From IMG/VR virus record IMGVR_UViG_3300020421_000003: a DNA stretch of 64,000 nt. One strand, written 5' to 3'. Below are positions 29,156 through 39,568 of the stretch, in pieces. This DNA comes from a virus. A program made the position numbers and the translations under genes. How positions within the stretch are numbered: position 1 is the first letter of the stretch; each line of letters starts with the position of its first letter. The notes beneath the pieces were generated by a model, which saw nothing but the letters and a program-made list of their open reading frames with translations, was not told where the DNA came from and ran no database searches.

Positions 29156-29533
29156 TCAGAAGGAATACTTCAAACCCACTTTAGCACCATAGCCACGATC
29201 GATGTCGTCGTCGCCAGATCCCACGAAGGAGACCTCACCATATGCACCCAGTGCATCGGTCACGCCAACACCCAGACCTGCCTTACCAGAAGGCACGGTG
29301 TCGCTTTCGCCACCGTCAGGACTGACCAGGGTAGCGCCCCCTTGGACATAGTATGAAGCAGATTCGCCCAGGGCACCTTCGTAACCTACGTGAAAATCTG
29401 TATTTGCCCCAGTGTAATCCGCGCCTGACCAACCAGCGTTGGTTTCCACGTTGACGTAGGGACCTGCCAGGGCAGCAGACGGAGCCACGATTGCAGCAGC
29501 GGCGGCGAGAGTTGCGATTGCAGTTTTGATCAT
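29156..29533 (-). CDS. Small outer-membrane beta-barrel-like protein
   Basis: Signal peptide, alternating beta strands, terminal YGAKVGLKYSF (Bam-type signal). Confidence 0.7.
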   Translation of the reverse strand: MIKTAIATLAAAAAIVAPSAALAGPYVNVETNAGWSGADYTGANTDFHVGYEGALGESASYYVQGGATLVSPDGGESDTVPSGKAGLGVGVTDALGAYGEVSFVGSGDDDIDRGYGAKVGLKYSF

Positions 29534-29650
29534 TTGGTATTTACCTCTTAGTGTTTTTCTTGTGGAGTGATTACCCACAGATGATAGGGGATTCGACTCT
29601 CCCCGTGTGTAGACTGTAACAATTCGTAACCATGGTGAGTCACGAATGGT

Positions 29651-29681
29651 TATTTATAACAGATTAATCTTGAAATGTCAA
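29651..29681 (-). promoter_or_regulatory. Composite early (TTGACA-17-TATAAA) and late (TATAAATA) promoter
   Basis: Both consensus elements are superimposed. Confidence 0.7.
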
Positions 29682-29896
29682 TCCCTTGTGCCAGTTGGAC
29701 AACGGTTAACCTTCTTGATCAACTGCTCGGACAGATCATAGTATAGGGCGTGGCATTCTGTCAAGATATAGTATCCAGTGAGGGACACTCCATCATCTGT
29801 CCATCCATAGGTGATTATGCGCTCATGCACGTCATCTGAATCCAGAAGTTTATCGGTATTAAGATAGTGGTTATACTTCTGGTGCAGATTGATCAT
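29678..29896 (-). CDS. Hypothetical protein
   Basis: 72-aa ORF. Confidence 0.6.
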   Translation of the reverse strand: MINLHQKYNHYLNTDKLLDSDDVHERIITYGWTDDGVSLTGYYILTECHALYYDLSEQLIKKVNRCPTGTRD

Positions 29897-30275
29897 GGTC
29901 TGTAACTTCCTTGGACTTACTAATTATATCACGAATCTCTGACATTTGTCCAGTCGTTAGATTCTCTTCAGGTTGAGTAACATCTTCTTGGGTGTCCTCT
30001 GCAGGGGAGAGTGACCTCTGGACTGCCTCCAGGTCTTCTAGCATACCAACAGGCACAAATCCACCACCAAATGCTTGAGTCTTGCCAGGTTTGTGATCCA
30101 TACCCTGCACCTCTGCAAGGTTAGACCTCCAATACTTCTGCATTTTCTTCATCATCTTCTTACGACCCTTGGGATCGTCTTTATATTTCTCGATGATCTT
30201 CCTGAGTGCTTTCAACTCACGGGAGGTTTTCTCCATGGACCTCTCTGCGTGTCCAGTATTACCAAATCCTGCCAT
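29871..30275 (-). CDS. Hypothetical protein
   Basis: 134-aa ORF following the large structural gene. Confidence 0.6.
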   Translation of the reverse strand: MAGFGNTGHAERSMEKTSRELKALRKIIEKYKDDPKGRKKMMKKMQKYWRSNLAEVQGMDHKPGKTQAFGGGFVPVGMLEDLEAVQRSLSPAEDTQEDVTQPEENLTTGQMSEIRDIISKSKEVTDHDQSAPEV

Positions 30276-30277
30276 AA

Positions 30278-33200
30278 TTACGTCGTTTGTGTGATGATTA
30301 GTTTGAATTTAACTCGATGTTTGTCTCTATCAGAGCTAGTATACCACACAGGTGAGTTTTTGTTGTGTGATTCTTGATAGAATGCTTCCTTCGCTGTCCT
30401 CTTTTGATTCTCCTTCTCATAGAAGGCAGCAAGTTTACGAGGTAGTTTGAAGTTACCCTTCATATCTGGGTAGTAAGGTGATGTACCTGGATCTTCCATT
30501 GCATTATAGGCAGCATCATCAGATTGTCCACCACCACCGCTAGTAGTTAGGTCTGCAATTACCATCTCTGCATTTTTGTCAAATCCATTCGCTGCATTGT
30601 CATCCCATTGAATGGTCTGACCATTGTCTCTGATTCGGAAACCAGCAGTCTCACTCTGACCACTGATAGACCAAGTGTATTTGTTGCCACCTGTAACAGC
30701 GAAAGATCTGGATTGACTGCCACTGTTGTTGTTACCTTGATCAAATGTTTGACCTTCAATAGTCATTGATCCAATTGCCTGACCTGAAGTATAAACATTG
30801 TCATCCCAGTCAAAGTCCAGAGTGATGGTGCCAGTGCCACTACCAGTTACCTCGATACCTTGTCCATCTGGTGTGAAGTATGCGCCTAGGGTGCCACTAG
30901 ATCCAACGTTGTATCTCCTAGGTGGCCATGCAAGATCATACTCCTGCCCCTCAGAGTATCCTATACCCGCCTGCAGCACCTCTACGAGAGAGATGGCACA
31001 CAACCACCTCTCAGGGTTATCAGCACCGCCTTGCGCCCTACCAGACTCGTTAGGGATTCCCTTGCTGGAGTAGAAGGTGAATGCAATCCTAACCTTTGCA
31101 TACAGTTGAGATGCTACGTTCACATTCTCAACAGCATCATTCTCAAACTCATTACCATCTAGGTAGTAGTCCTGCATGAAAGTATTTGCACTAAAGAAGT
31201 TTGTGCCACCATCGAATACTGATGATGCTGCTGATCTAAGGTTAGCAACTTCATACCATGGTTTCTCTGCCCTAGCAAAACAGACAGGAGACTTGTTGAG
31301 GAAGGTGCTACGTTGAGGGATTGTGCCATCAACCTGATCGAAACGTGTGATCAGATGCCTTCTCACAAGGTCACCATAGTCACCACCCAACACCTGGATG
31401 CGATACCCCTGCTGTCCTCCTCTTTCATAGTTGGCTGCATCTTCCTCAGGATAACCTGTGTCAATGTATCCACTATTAATAGCAGGCAGCAGAGGATTGT
31501 AGATATTTCTATCGTTGCCACCCAGAATTCCAGGGTTGCTCTGCAGTAGACCATGCATCGATGTCAATGCATAGTTATTATATACCTTAGTAGATGCCTG
31601 CTTAGGACCAGAAGACTTCTTATTATCTCTAGCACTCTGGTGCCAAGAATCACCACTGTAACTACCTGCTCTCACCTTACCATCTGCCTTGGCATTGATT
31701 GAAGATCCATAGGATGGATAGAATTGCATATCAAATCCACTGATAGCACCAGCCTGTTGAATGACAAGCAACTCTGGGTTTGCCATCATCCTAGGACTGA
31801 GTGGTGTGTCACCTGATGCTGTGGTCAACTGAAGACCCCACTGCATCTCAAACTTACCTGTGTCTATATTCCATAGAGCACAGTATGGTGTGATCGTTCC
31901 TGTAGGTGGACCAGTGATAATTGATATCAGTTTGAAGTTGAGTTTGTCTCCAGGAGCGAGGGAAATGACGCCATCATAGAGGTCTTGCCCAATACTCGGC
32001 CATGACCCTGCATCATACCTGTCGTTAAATATCTGCGACCCATTCTTTTTCATCCTCATTTTGAATCTGATGCAGTCACCTGTGCTACCACCAGTGATAC
32101 CACCGAAGGACTTCAACTTAAAGTTACCACCTGTGATCGTAGTAATAGTTTGGTCACGTCCTTGTGAGATTGTATAGTCTCCTTCACACTTACCACACTC
32201 ATGGTTTTCATCAAACTCACCAAATGTAATAGGTGAATCGTTACCACACTCCTGACGTTGTAGCACAACATCCTTAAAGTTTTTCTTAAATGACTGAGGA
32301 TCACATGGGTTAGACAGATCAATCTTCAGCATCACAGGCTCAGGTCTGTCGTCTGCAAACACATAGCACTGGATACCCTCGTAAATGTAACCAGGATAAG
32401 CAGTAAACTCTACAGTATGCCAAAGGATCAGGTCATCGTAGTCATCGTCACCATCAATAAGGTCTTCCCACATCTGTTTGTTGGGACCCTTCCACTTGGT
32501 GTAGTCCTTCTCATCCTCAGGATTCCATTTCTTATCTGAGAAGAGAGCATAATTATTTTCCTTAGTGCTGATACCACTGCCCCTGAAACCAGGACCGTAA
32601 CCACTAGAGTGAGAATTGAAGTTGAATGTCTGGTTGACACTCAGACTGTTTTGACCAGCGCCATCAGACAGCAGGAAGAATCCCATGGTGCCACCCTTAT
32701 ATTGCTGCAACTCAGACTGACTGATTGTAATAGTGCTGGTCTCGTTACCACCACCCTCTTCAGCATTCTTAGCACTAGGCACAACGATCTTGCCCCACTT
32801 AGGACCATCTTTATCTGCTAGGTAGTAACCAAATGCATTGTCGTATCCTGCCTTACCCTTCTCAACATCCATGCGGACGGTGAGATCGGTAGTGACCTTC
32901 TGAGGGATACGGTATGCAAACCTGCTCCGTGAGACCCTCTGAGGGATGGTGTTGTTCTGTGGGTCAATTGTATACCTATGGTCACCCGTGGAGGGATTGT
33001 AGAAGCGATGAAGTCCCCACAGTTTTTCCTTATCAGCAATGAATTCAATGCCATCAGGTTTCTTTTGGAAGACATACCCCAGGATACTATGGAAGACCAT
33101 GCCTGCCTGATTCATGGTGTCTCTCTCACCAGGACCCTGAGTATCAGGAGCACCAGGGTTAGTAGTCAGAAAATAATCATGAGGATTGCTACCTTTATAC

Positions 33201-34606
33201 TTAAACAGAGGCACACTTCTATCTCTTGTCTCAGATCCAAGGATGACTGCAGTGATATTCATCACCCTCTGACCATCCTTACCATTCTGCTGAGGCATGA
33301 ATGTGAATGGAATCTCTACACCAGACTCAGGCAGTTTGCCAGTCCAAGATGTGACTCTCCACTCACTATCAATATCATCTGCTTTACCATCACTGCCGAC
33401 ATCATATACAGGTCGGACTTCAAAGTTAATCTCAGCACCACCATATCTGATAGTGTGCTGTGCAATATCTCCTCTTACCTTGTTACCACTACTTAAACCT
33501 AGGTTTTTCTTAGGCCAGAAGTCAGCACCACCCTCATTATAAACCCAGTTACCGTTACCTACACCTTCATTGTTAGTAGTTTTGATCGGTGGATTCTTTT
33601 CTGATGTTGTGAATCCTGAATTGCTACCAGTGATTAGCTCTACGTTTTGTCCACTACCACCTGCTGATCCAGGCACCTTCTCCTTCAGGCACCACCATGC
33701 AGCATCACCATCAGTCAGAGAGTATCCAGAAGGACCAGAGATCTCATTGTGATAGTTGTATTCATTACCACTCTCGGATTCATAGACAGGGACTCTCTCA
33801 GGGAAGCAATTCTTGATACAAACTTCCGTCTTGTTAGCAGACCATCCACGAGGGTGGAATCCTTCACAGTCTGCCTTGGCAGGTGTCCAACCACCACCAA
33901 GGTATGGTTTGAATGTACATTCAAGAGTCTTTCGGACACAATCCTCCCACTCTTTCTTTGGTGGATCATCCTCAGGACAATATAAAATTCTTTCAGGATC
34001 ACTGCCGATAACTTTCCAGTATCCACCACCAATATCTTTTACTTTACTAACGATTCTTAACTCAGATACTTCTCTACAATCATCACCACCAGTTGATATC
34101 CAAGGACCCGTGGGGATCTTAGGATCTGGAATCTTGATGATGAAGTCATGTCCACACTCAAGACCAGGGATTTCTATACCTAATTGCTCTGTAATGAAAC
34201 AAACAACAGGATCAACAGGGACAATCGTAGGTAGATCAGGCACCTCTGCCTCAGGTGGAGGTGGCAGCAGTGGTGGAAGCTCAGGATAACATCTCCCAAC
34301 CAGTCCCTGAATTACCTCATTAGGTGTGGGGACAGGTGCAGGCTCTGGAGGATCAGGACGGAAAGGAATATTGATCGAGTCCAGTGGGTTAGGACTGTTT
34401 AGGACTGGAGGACCATAGCATCTGCCCACCAGATTTTGGATCACCTCAGAGGGAGTCAGTGCGGTTGGTGCTGGACCAGTTGTAGATCCACCTGCGGGAT
34501 TAAATTCACTAGCAGGATTCTCACCATCCAATGCGTTGGGGGTCAAACCAATCGGACCCGTGACATTGTAACAGCGAGCAACTAGATTACGAATATGCTC
34601 GGACAT
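30278..34606 (-). CDS. Large virion structural protein (DUF4114-like module)
   Basis: 1442 aa; AGYDNAFGYY...GFFLLSDG...WEDLIDGDDDYDDL; Pro-rich N-terminus; late box upstream. Confidence 0.65.
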   Translation of the reverse strand: MSEHIRNLVARCYNVTGPIGLTPNALDGENPASEFNPAGGSTTGPAPTALTPSEVIQNLVGRCYGPPVLNSPNPLDSINIPFRPDPPEPAPVPTPNEVIQGLVGRCYPELPPLLPPPPEAEVPDLPTIVPVDPVVCFITEQLGIEIPGLECGHDFIIKIPDPKIPTGPWISTGGDDCREVSELRIVSKVKDIGGGYWKVIGSDPERILYCPEDDPPKKEWEDCVRKTLECTFKPYLGGGWTPAKADCEGFHPRGWSANKTEVCIKNCFPERVPVYESESGNEYNYHNEISGPSGYSLTDGDAAWWCLKEKVPGSAGGSGQNVELITGSNSGFTTSEKNPPIKTTNNEGVGNGNWVYNEGGADFWPKKNLGLSSGNKVRGDIAQHTIRYGGAEINFEVRPVYDVGSDGKADDIDSEWRVTSWTGKLPESGVEIPFTFMPQQNGKDGQRVMNITAVILGSETRDRSVPLFKYKGSNPHDYFLTTNPGAPDTQGPGERDTMNQAGMVFHSILGYVFQKKPDGIEFIADKEKLWGLHRFYNPSTGDHRYTIDPQNNTIPQRVSRSRFAYRIPQKVTTDLTVRMDVEKGKAGYDNAFGYYLADKDGPKWGKIVVPSAKNAEEGGGNETSTITISQSELQQYKGGTMGFFLLSDGAGQNSLSVNQTFNFNSHSSGYGPGFRGSGISTKENNYALFSDKKWNPEDEKDYTKWKGPNKQMWEDLIDGDDDYDDLILWHTVEFTAYPGYIYEGIQCYVFADDRPEPVMLKIDLSNPCDPQSFKKNFKDVVLQRQECGNDSPITFGEFDENHECGKCEGDYTISQGRDQTITTITGGNFKLKSFGGITGGSTGDCIRFKMRMKKNGSQIFNDRYDAGSWPSIGQDLYDGVISLAPGDKLNFKLISIITGPPTGTITPYCALWNIDTGKFEMQWGLQLTTASGDTPLSPRMMANPELLVIQQAGAISGFDMQFYPSYGSSINAKADGKVRAGSYSGDSWHQSARDNKKSSGPKQASTKVYNNYALTSMHGLLQSNPGILGGNDRNIYNPLLPAINSGYIDTGYPEEDAANYERGGQQGYRIQVLGGDYGDLVRRHLITRFDQVDGTIPQRSTFLNKSPVCFARAEKPWYEVANLRSAASSVFDGGTNFFSANTFMQDYYLDGNEFENDAVENVNVASQLYAKVRIAFTFYSSKGIPNESGRAQGGADNPERWLCAISLVEVLQAGIGYSEGQEYDLAWPPRRYNVGSSGTLGAYFTPDGQGIEVTGSGTGTITLDFDWDDNVYTSGQAIGSMTIEGQTFDQGNNNSGSQSRSFAVTGGNKYTWSISGQSETAGFRIRDNGQTIQWDDNAANGFDKNAEMVIADLTTSGGGGQSDDAAYNAMEDPGTSPYYPDMKGNFKLPRKLAAFYEKENQKRTAKEAFYQESHNKNSPVWYTSSDRDKHRVKFKLIITQTT

Positions 34607-34607
34607 T

Positions 34608-34641
34608 AAAAAAGAGGAGCGGGTGCTGCTCCTCTATTTAG
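34608..34641 (-). terminator. Terminator hairpin overlapped by late-like box CTAAATA
   Basis: AGAGGAGC..GCTCCTCT followed by T-run, immediately before ATG 34606. Confidence 0.75.
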
Positions 34642-34690
34642 TGCGATGTGTTTGATGGATTTTGCCATCCACATCAGCGGCGACGATACT
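34642..34690 (-). ncRNA. Candidate small structured RNA
   Basis: CATAAATA box, then TATCGTCGCCGC and hairpin GATGTG-GATGG-CAAAAT-CCATC-AAA-CACATC, then terminator. Confidence 0.35.
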
Positions 34691-34694
34691 TTAT

Positions 34695-34940
34695 TTATGC
34701 TTCCTGAAGCGATTGTAATGTGTTGTGTAACTCACCAACATCACGGAGACCCTCGGCACTAAACCAAGGAGCATTCTCCCAACTAAACCCAACACCCATG
34801 GTGCTGTCAGGTGCTGTGATATACCAATGACATGCTGTGTCTGGCACATCTACTGCACACTTGGACCAGTCATCACTCCACTGTGGGACTTGCACCCACA
34901 TCAGAGCGGCAAACATAATGCTGAAGAGTGATTTAATCAC
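34695..34940 (-). CDS. Hypothetical secreted/membrane protein
   Basis: [14 protein letters not shown]...CHWY; coupled to the psbD stop. Confidence 0.6.
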   Translation of the reverse strand: MIKSLFSIMFAALMWVQVPQWSDDWSKCAVDVPDTACHWYITAPDSTMGVGFSWENAPWFSAEGLRDVGELHNTLQSLQEA

Positions 34941-35992
34941 AGTGCATTACCTCTTGGCAATACTTCCTCAGGGAAGACGAAGTTTTCATGTGGTTGGTCA
35001 GCAGGTGCCATCCAAGCACGGAGTCCTTCATTCAAGAGGATATTCTTGGTGTAGAAGGTCTCGAATTCAGGATCCTCCGCTGCACGAATCTCCTGAGATA
35101 CGAAGTCGTAAGCACGAAGATTAAGAGCGAGTCCAATAATACCGATAGAAGAAGTCCAGAGACCCATGACGGGCACGAAGAGCATAAAGAAATGCAACCA
35201 ACGCTTGTTACTAAAAGCAATACCGAAAATCTGTGACCAGAAACGGTTCGCAGTAACCATCGAGTAAGTCTCCTCCTCTTGCGTAGGCTCAAAAGCCTTG
35301 AAAGTATTCGCTTGCTCACCATCTTCAAACAGCGTGTTTTCTACAGTAGCACCATGGATTGCACATAACAATGCTCCACCCAGGATACCTGCCACGCCCA
35401 TCATGTGGAAGGGATTGAGTGTCCAGTTGTGGAAACCCTGCAGGAAGAGTAGGAATCTAAAGATTGCTGCTACCCCGAAACTAGGTGCAAAGAACCATGA
35501 AGACTGACCCAGTGGATACATAAGGAATACACTGACAAAGACAGCAATAGGACCAGAGAACGCAATAGCATTGTAGGGACGGATACCAACTAGACGAGCG
35601 ATCTCAAACTGTCTAAGCATGAAACCAATGAGAGCGAAGGCACCGTGGAGAGCCACGAAAGCCCAGAGTCCCCCAAGTTGGCACCACCTGACGAAATCCC
35701 CCTGAGCTTCAGGACCCCAAAGTAGAAGAAGAGAATGACCCATAGCGTCAGCAGGCGTTGAGACAGCTGCCGTAAGAAAATTAGCACCCTCAAGATAGGA
35801 AGAAGCAAGTCCGTGGGTGTACCAACTCGTGACAAAAGTTGTGCCAGTAAGCCAACCACCAATGGCAAGATAAGCAGTGGGAAGAAGAAGTATTCCAGAC
35901 CAACCCACAAAGATAAAGCGATCCCGTTTAAGCCAGTCATCAAGGATATCAAACCAACCCCTCCGTTGTTGTTGTAGTGTAGCAGTCGTCAT
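34937..35992 (-). CDS. psbD: Photosystem II D2
   Basis: WLKRDRF...[10 protein letters not shown]...[10 protein letters not shown]. Confidence 0.99.
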   Translation of the reverse strand: MTTATLQQQRRGWFDILDDWLKRDRFIFVGWSGILLLPTAYLAIGGWLTGTTFVTSWYTHGLASSYLEGANFLTAAVSTPADAMGHSLLLLWGPEAQGDFVRWCQLGGLWAFVALHGAFALIGFMLRQFEIARLVGIRPYNAIAFSGPIAVFVSVFLMYPLGQSSWFFAPSFGVAAIFRFLLFLQGFHNWTLNPFHMMGVAGILGGALLCAIHGATVENTLFEDGEQANTFKAFEPTQEEETYSMVTANRFWSQIFGIAFSNKRWLHFFMLFVPVMGLWTSSIGIIGLALNLRAYDFVSQEIRAAEDPEFETFYTKNILLNEGLRAWMAPADQPHENFVFPEEVLPRGNAL

Positions 35993-36003
35993 TGAATTTT
36001 ACC

Positions 36004-36225
36004 TTAATTGTTTAGTTCCAGATAGAATTTTGTTTGATCACTGGGTGCATTCTCGTAGAATGAGATGTCACCATACATTTTATGATCTTTGTATCCAACC
36101 ATGCGACCTTTTGTATTTTGGATAGCACCCATCATAGCAATGATAAGGAAGATCGCGGGAGGACCGATGATTAAAGCACCACCGATCACATAGTAAGTGA
36201 GCAATTCGATTAGATCAGTAGACAT
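36004..36225 (-). CDS. Hypothetical membrane protein between psbA and psbD
   Basis: 73 aa, one TM segment. Confidence 0.55.
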   Translation of the reverse strand: MSTDLIELLTYYVIGGALIIGPPAIFLIIAMMGAIQNTKGRMVGYKDHKMYGDISFYENAPSDQTKFYLELNN

Positions 36226-36245
36226 AAAACTTTACAGTAATGAAG

Positions 36246-36272
36246 AAAAGAAAAGGGGTCTCGAAAGACCCC
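36246..36272 (-). terminator. psbA terminator
   Basis: GGGGTCT-TTCG-AGACCCC followed by T-run. Confidence 0.85.
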
Positions 36273-36296
36273 CTTATTATACAACAGGTTGAGTTA

Positions 36297-37376
36297 TCAA
36301 CCGATGCTAGGTGCGGTGAGTGCCACAGGAGTGGACTCAGCAGCAGCGAGATCGAGTGGGAAGTTGTGAGCGTTACGCTCATGCATAACTTCCATACCCA
36401 GACCTGCACGGTTGAGCACGTCAGCCCAGGTGTTGACCACCTTACCTTGTGACTCAACGATGGACTGGTTGAAGTTGAAACCGTTGAGGTTGAATGCCAT
36501 GGTGCTTACGCCCAGTGCAGTAAACCAGATTCCGACAACGGGCCATGCGGCGAGGAAGAAGTGAAGACTTCTGCTGTTGTTGAAGGAAGCGTATTGGAAG
36601 ATCAAACGACCGAAGTAACCATGGGCTGCGACGATGTTATAAGTCTCTTCCTCTTGTCCAAACTTGTAACCATAGTTTTGTGACTCAGATTCAGTCGTCT
36701 CACGGACGAGTGAAGAAGTAACAAGACTACCATGCATTGCCGAGAAGAGTGATCCACCGAAGACACCTGCTACTCCCAACATGTGGAAGGGGTGCATAAG
36801 GATGTTGTGCTCTGCTTGGAAGACAAGCATGTAGTTGAATGTGCCAGAGATGCCAAGTGGCATTGCGTCAGAGAAAGAACCTTGACCGAAAGGATAGACC
36901 AGGAAGACTGCGGATGCTGCTGCAACAGGTGCAGAGTATGCAACACAGATCCAAGGACGCATCCCAAGACGGTAAGACAATTCCCACTCACGTCCCATAT
37001 AGGCAAAGATGCCGATCAGGAAGTGGAAGATTACCAATTGGAAAGGACCACCGTTATACAACCACTCGTCGAGTGAAGCTGCTTCCCAGATGGGGTAGAA
37101 GTGAAGACCAATTGCGTTGGAGGATGGGACAACAGCACCAGAGATGATGTTGTTACCATACATGAGTGAACCTGCTACGGGCTCACGGATGCCGTCGATA
37201 TCGACGGGAGGTGCCGCTACGAAAGCGATCACGAAGCAGATGGTTGCCGCCAACAGAGTTGGGATCATCAGCACTCCAAACCAACCGACATAGAGACGGT
37301 TATTTGTAGAAGTAACCCACTCGCAGAACGAATCCCACGCGGAGGTTGTTTGTTGTTGCCTTGATAAAGTTGACAT
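36297..37376 (-). CDS. psbA: Photosystem II D1
   Basis: [10 protein letters not shown]...[13 protein letters not shown]; no intron. Confidence 0.99.
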   Translation of the reverse strand: MSTLSRQQQTTSAWDSFCEWVTSTNNRLYVGWFGVLMIPTLLAATICFVIAFVAAPPVDIDGIREPVAGSLMYGNNIISGAVVPSSNAIGLHFYPIWEAASLDEWLYNGGPFQLVIFHFLIGIFAYMGREWELSYRLGMRPWICVAYSAPVAAASAVFLVYPFGQGSFSDAMPLGISGTFNYMLVFQAEHNILMHPFHMLGVAGVFGGSLFSAMHGSLVTSSLVRETTESESQNYGYKFGQEEETYNIVAAHGYFGRLIFQYASFNNSRSLHFFLAAWPVVGIWFTALGVSTMAFNLNGFNFNQSIVESQGKVVNTWADVLNRAGLGMEVMHERNAHNFPLDLAAAESTPVALTAPSIG

Positions 37377-37399
37377 TGAAATTTAGGGTAGGTATAAGT

Positions 37400-37495
37400 G
37401 CAGGGAAACACTGGTATAGTATGCCTGTTGCACCCTCAGCAGCAGGTATGAAAGACTGTTATTTAATGACGCTGTTTAGTCTTGGTGAGGCGTCA
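37400..37495 (-). ncRNA. PhotoRC-II-like structured psbA leader
   Basis: GACGC..AAGACT..GCGTC hairpin whose loop pairs with downstream AGTCTT; CCTG..CAGG stem; position upstream of phage psbA. Confidence 0.65.
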
Positions 37496-37523
37496 AGTGT
37501 GTCGTTGTGTAACGACCGTCCAT

Positions 37524-37552
37524 ACTATATATGGTTTTCAACACCTTGTCAA
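37524..37552 (-). promoter_or_regulatory. Sigma70-type promoter of psbA (TTGACA-17-TATAGT)
   Basis: Near-consensus with 17-nt spacer; -35 overlaps the halogenase stop codon. Confidence 0.8.
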
Positions 37553-39021
37553 GAATAATCGAAGGTGGACTGTAGGAAAACTGACATAGGTGGACATGTC
37601 TCGGCATATTGTAGCACACGTTGGTGCCTAATTGCCCACTCATCGACCTTGCGACGAGCAACAAGCTCTGGATACTGGAAGTATTCATTGAGACGCTTGT
37701 TGACAGTAGTATAACCAGATCCTGCAAGGATGTAAAGGACCTGGGTCTCTCCATGAGAGACGGGCTCGTTGCCATTCATAACATACTGAATGACTTCATG
37801 GGTGGTGCCCTTGAGATTATACTCTACTTCATCGCTGACATGACTCCAGAAAGGTGTGTCACGACGGCGACTGTAATAGTAGTGTGCCTCTACAAACTCA
37901 CGCCATCCGTCCATATGCTCAGTGAGGTTATGGTTGAAACGATCACGCTGGAATTGTCCAGGCAGAGGTGCCTCCTGTAGGAGGTCCATGAGAGCAAGGA
38001 TGCCATGGTGTGTGTTGAAGAGACTTGTAGATTCTAGCGGCTCAATGAATCCAAACGCGAGTCCGATGGACACACAGTTACCTGTCCACGCTCTCTCATG
38101 CCTGCCGTTTTCAAACTTGATCAGGCGAGCGTCATCGTATCCGAATTCTTTACGGGCATCCTCTTCGCTCTGAAACTTTGAGGAGAATACATATCCCCTA
38201 CTGAGGAAGTCATAGGTAGGGATAGTCCACTGCCAACCAGCAGTCATTGCTTTGGCGTTGGTGTAGGGGACCATCTCGGTCTCACGATCAGTGTAGTCAG
38301 TCTTAACTACGAGTGCTCTGTCAGTTACAATTGAATCGTAGGGTTTCCACTTGCTAAGCGCCCCTCCGACAACTGCTTGCTGCCCACTACAGTCGATAAA
38401 GAGATCACCAAAAATCTTTTCTCCCCCGAGTTTGTATGGTCCACCTGTGACCACGACGTGCTCGATGTTCCTTCCTTTAGTAGCAACAGACTTAACTGTG
38501 CTATCAACCACCTTAAGATCTTTGCAGAAGGTGTCTCTGAGAAAGTTGGAGAAGGCTGCTCCGTTAATATGGAATGATCTGTCTTTGGCGAGGTCATATG
38601 GATTTAAGATATCTTTATTCAGTGGGAGTCGCCCTGCCTCTGCCACTGCTGTGAATGGCATGAATACGTGAGAGAAGGGTGGCAGATTCTCTGGATGAAA
38701 TGCCTTAGCGAGCATCCACTCCTGAAATTTTATACGTTGGTTAACTGTTTGTCCATTGGGATAATGAAATACTTCACCCTCGTTAACGAAACCATCAAAC
38801 CTTGAAGAAGATTTGTATGTTGCTCGTGCTGCAGGGAGGAATACTTCATCAGTGATTCCCATGTATGAGAGATATTGATTGATGTGTGGCGTAGTGCTTT
38901 CACCTACACCGATGGCATCACCACCATTGATCATAGTGATGTCCCAGTCAGGGAAAGTTTTACAAAAAGCGGCGGCAGTCATCCAACCAGATGTACCACC
39001 ACCGACAATCACAATACGCAT
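37549..39021 (-). CDS. Tryptophan halogenase-family flavoprotein
   Basis: GGGTSGW, IGVGEST, GWQWTIP, FIEPLESTS. Confidence 0.9.
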   Translation of the reverse strand: MRIVIVGGGTSGWMTAAAFCKTFPDWDITMINGGDAIGVGESTTPHINQYLSYMGITDEVFLPAARATYKSSSRFDGFVNEGEVFHYPNGQTVNQRIKFQEWMLAKAFHPENLPPFSHVFMPFTAVAEAGRLPLNKDILNPYDLAKDRSFHINGAAFSNFLRDTFCKDLKVVDSTVKSVATKGRNIEHVVVTGGPYKLGGEKIFGDLFIDCSGQQAVVGGALSKWKPYDSIVTDRALVVKTDYTDRETEMVPYTNAKAMTAGWQWTIPTYDFLSRGYVFSSKFQSEEDARKEFGYDDARLIKFENGRHERAWTGNCVSIGLAFGFIEPLESTSLFNTHHGILALMDLLQEAPLPGQFQRDRFNHNLTEHMDGWREFVEAHYYYSRRRDTPFWSHVSDEVEYNLKGTTHEVIQYVMNGNEPVSHGETQVLYILAGSGYTTVNKRLNEYFQYPELVARRKVDEWAIRHQRVLQYAETCPPMSVFLQSTFDYS

Positions 39022-39022
39022 G

Positions 39023-39160
39023 TTACTTTTTCTTGAGTGTCTTTTTAATCAGTTTAGCATACAAAACTTCCTCTGGTGTATACCATTCGGGATGTTTCTT
39101 TGCTCCTTTAATTAGTTTCTTTACTGCTTTCTTTGTTGAGAGTTGTTTCTTTTCGTCCAT
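39023..39160 (-). CDS. Small basic hypothetical protein
   Basis: KKHPEWYTPEEVLYAK. Confidence 0.55.
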   Translation of the reverse strand: MDEKKQLSTKKAVKKLIKGAKKHPEWYTPEEVLYAKLIKKTLKKK

Positions 39161-39413
39161 TAAGGTCTTGGTATTTAGAAAATTCTTTGAAGAGATTCTC
39201 ACCAACAAAAGCATACAAGTCACCACCATGTGACGCTAATGCTTCTTCTAATCCTTCCTGAGTTGCAGGGACATTCAGCAACCCATTCGACACATAGTAG
39301 TGACAGAACTCATACACTTCTCTATTTATGGGGATTTGCTTATGAATGAAAGCGGTAAGACAGATCTGTCTTTCTACCATCTTACCGTCGTCATAGCGCC
39401 AGTCTTCAATCAT
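39108..39413 (-). CDS. Hypothetical protein
   Basis: 101-aa ORF. Confidence 0.55.
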   Translation of the reverse strand: MIEDWRYDDGKMVERQICLTAFIHKQIPINREVYEFCHYYVSNGLLNVPATQEGLEEALASHGGDLYAFVGENLFKEFSKYQDLNGRKETTLNKESSKETN

Positions 39414-39565
39414 TGAGCAATCATCCTGAATTCTTTTTTAGTTTGGAATGCCTTCTGCCCTGCTTCACACAGGTGCAGAAGGAATTGAGCCTTGTGTATG
39501 GATAGGTTTGAGTAGTTTTTTAACTTAACCCAGTTACCATCCCAGTAAAACTCTAAGCAATACAT
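39410..39565 (-). CDS. Small hypothetical protein (51 aa)
   Basis: Hand translation MYCLEFYWDGNWVKL...; ATGA coupling. Confidence 0.45.
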   Translation of the reverse strand: MYCLEFYWDGNWVKLKNYSNLSIHKAQFLLHLCEAGQKAFQTKKEFRMIAQ

Positions 39566-39568
39566 GAC

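Noticed and set aside
29581-29606. tRNA-like fragment (GGATTCGACTC)
   Set aside because: No D-arm, anticodon arm or acceptor stem; treated as a leader hairpin instead.
34650-34675. c-di-GMP-I riboswitch (GGCAAA..CC)
   Set aside because: Lacks the GNRA tetraloop/receptor and second-stem consensus.
36004-37376. Group I intron or homing endonuclease at psbA
   Set aside because: psbA is an uninterrupted 359-aa ORF and the psbA-psbD spacer gene lacks nuclease motifs.
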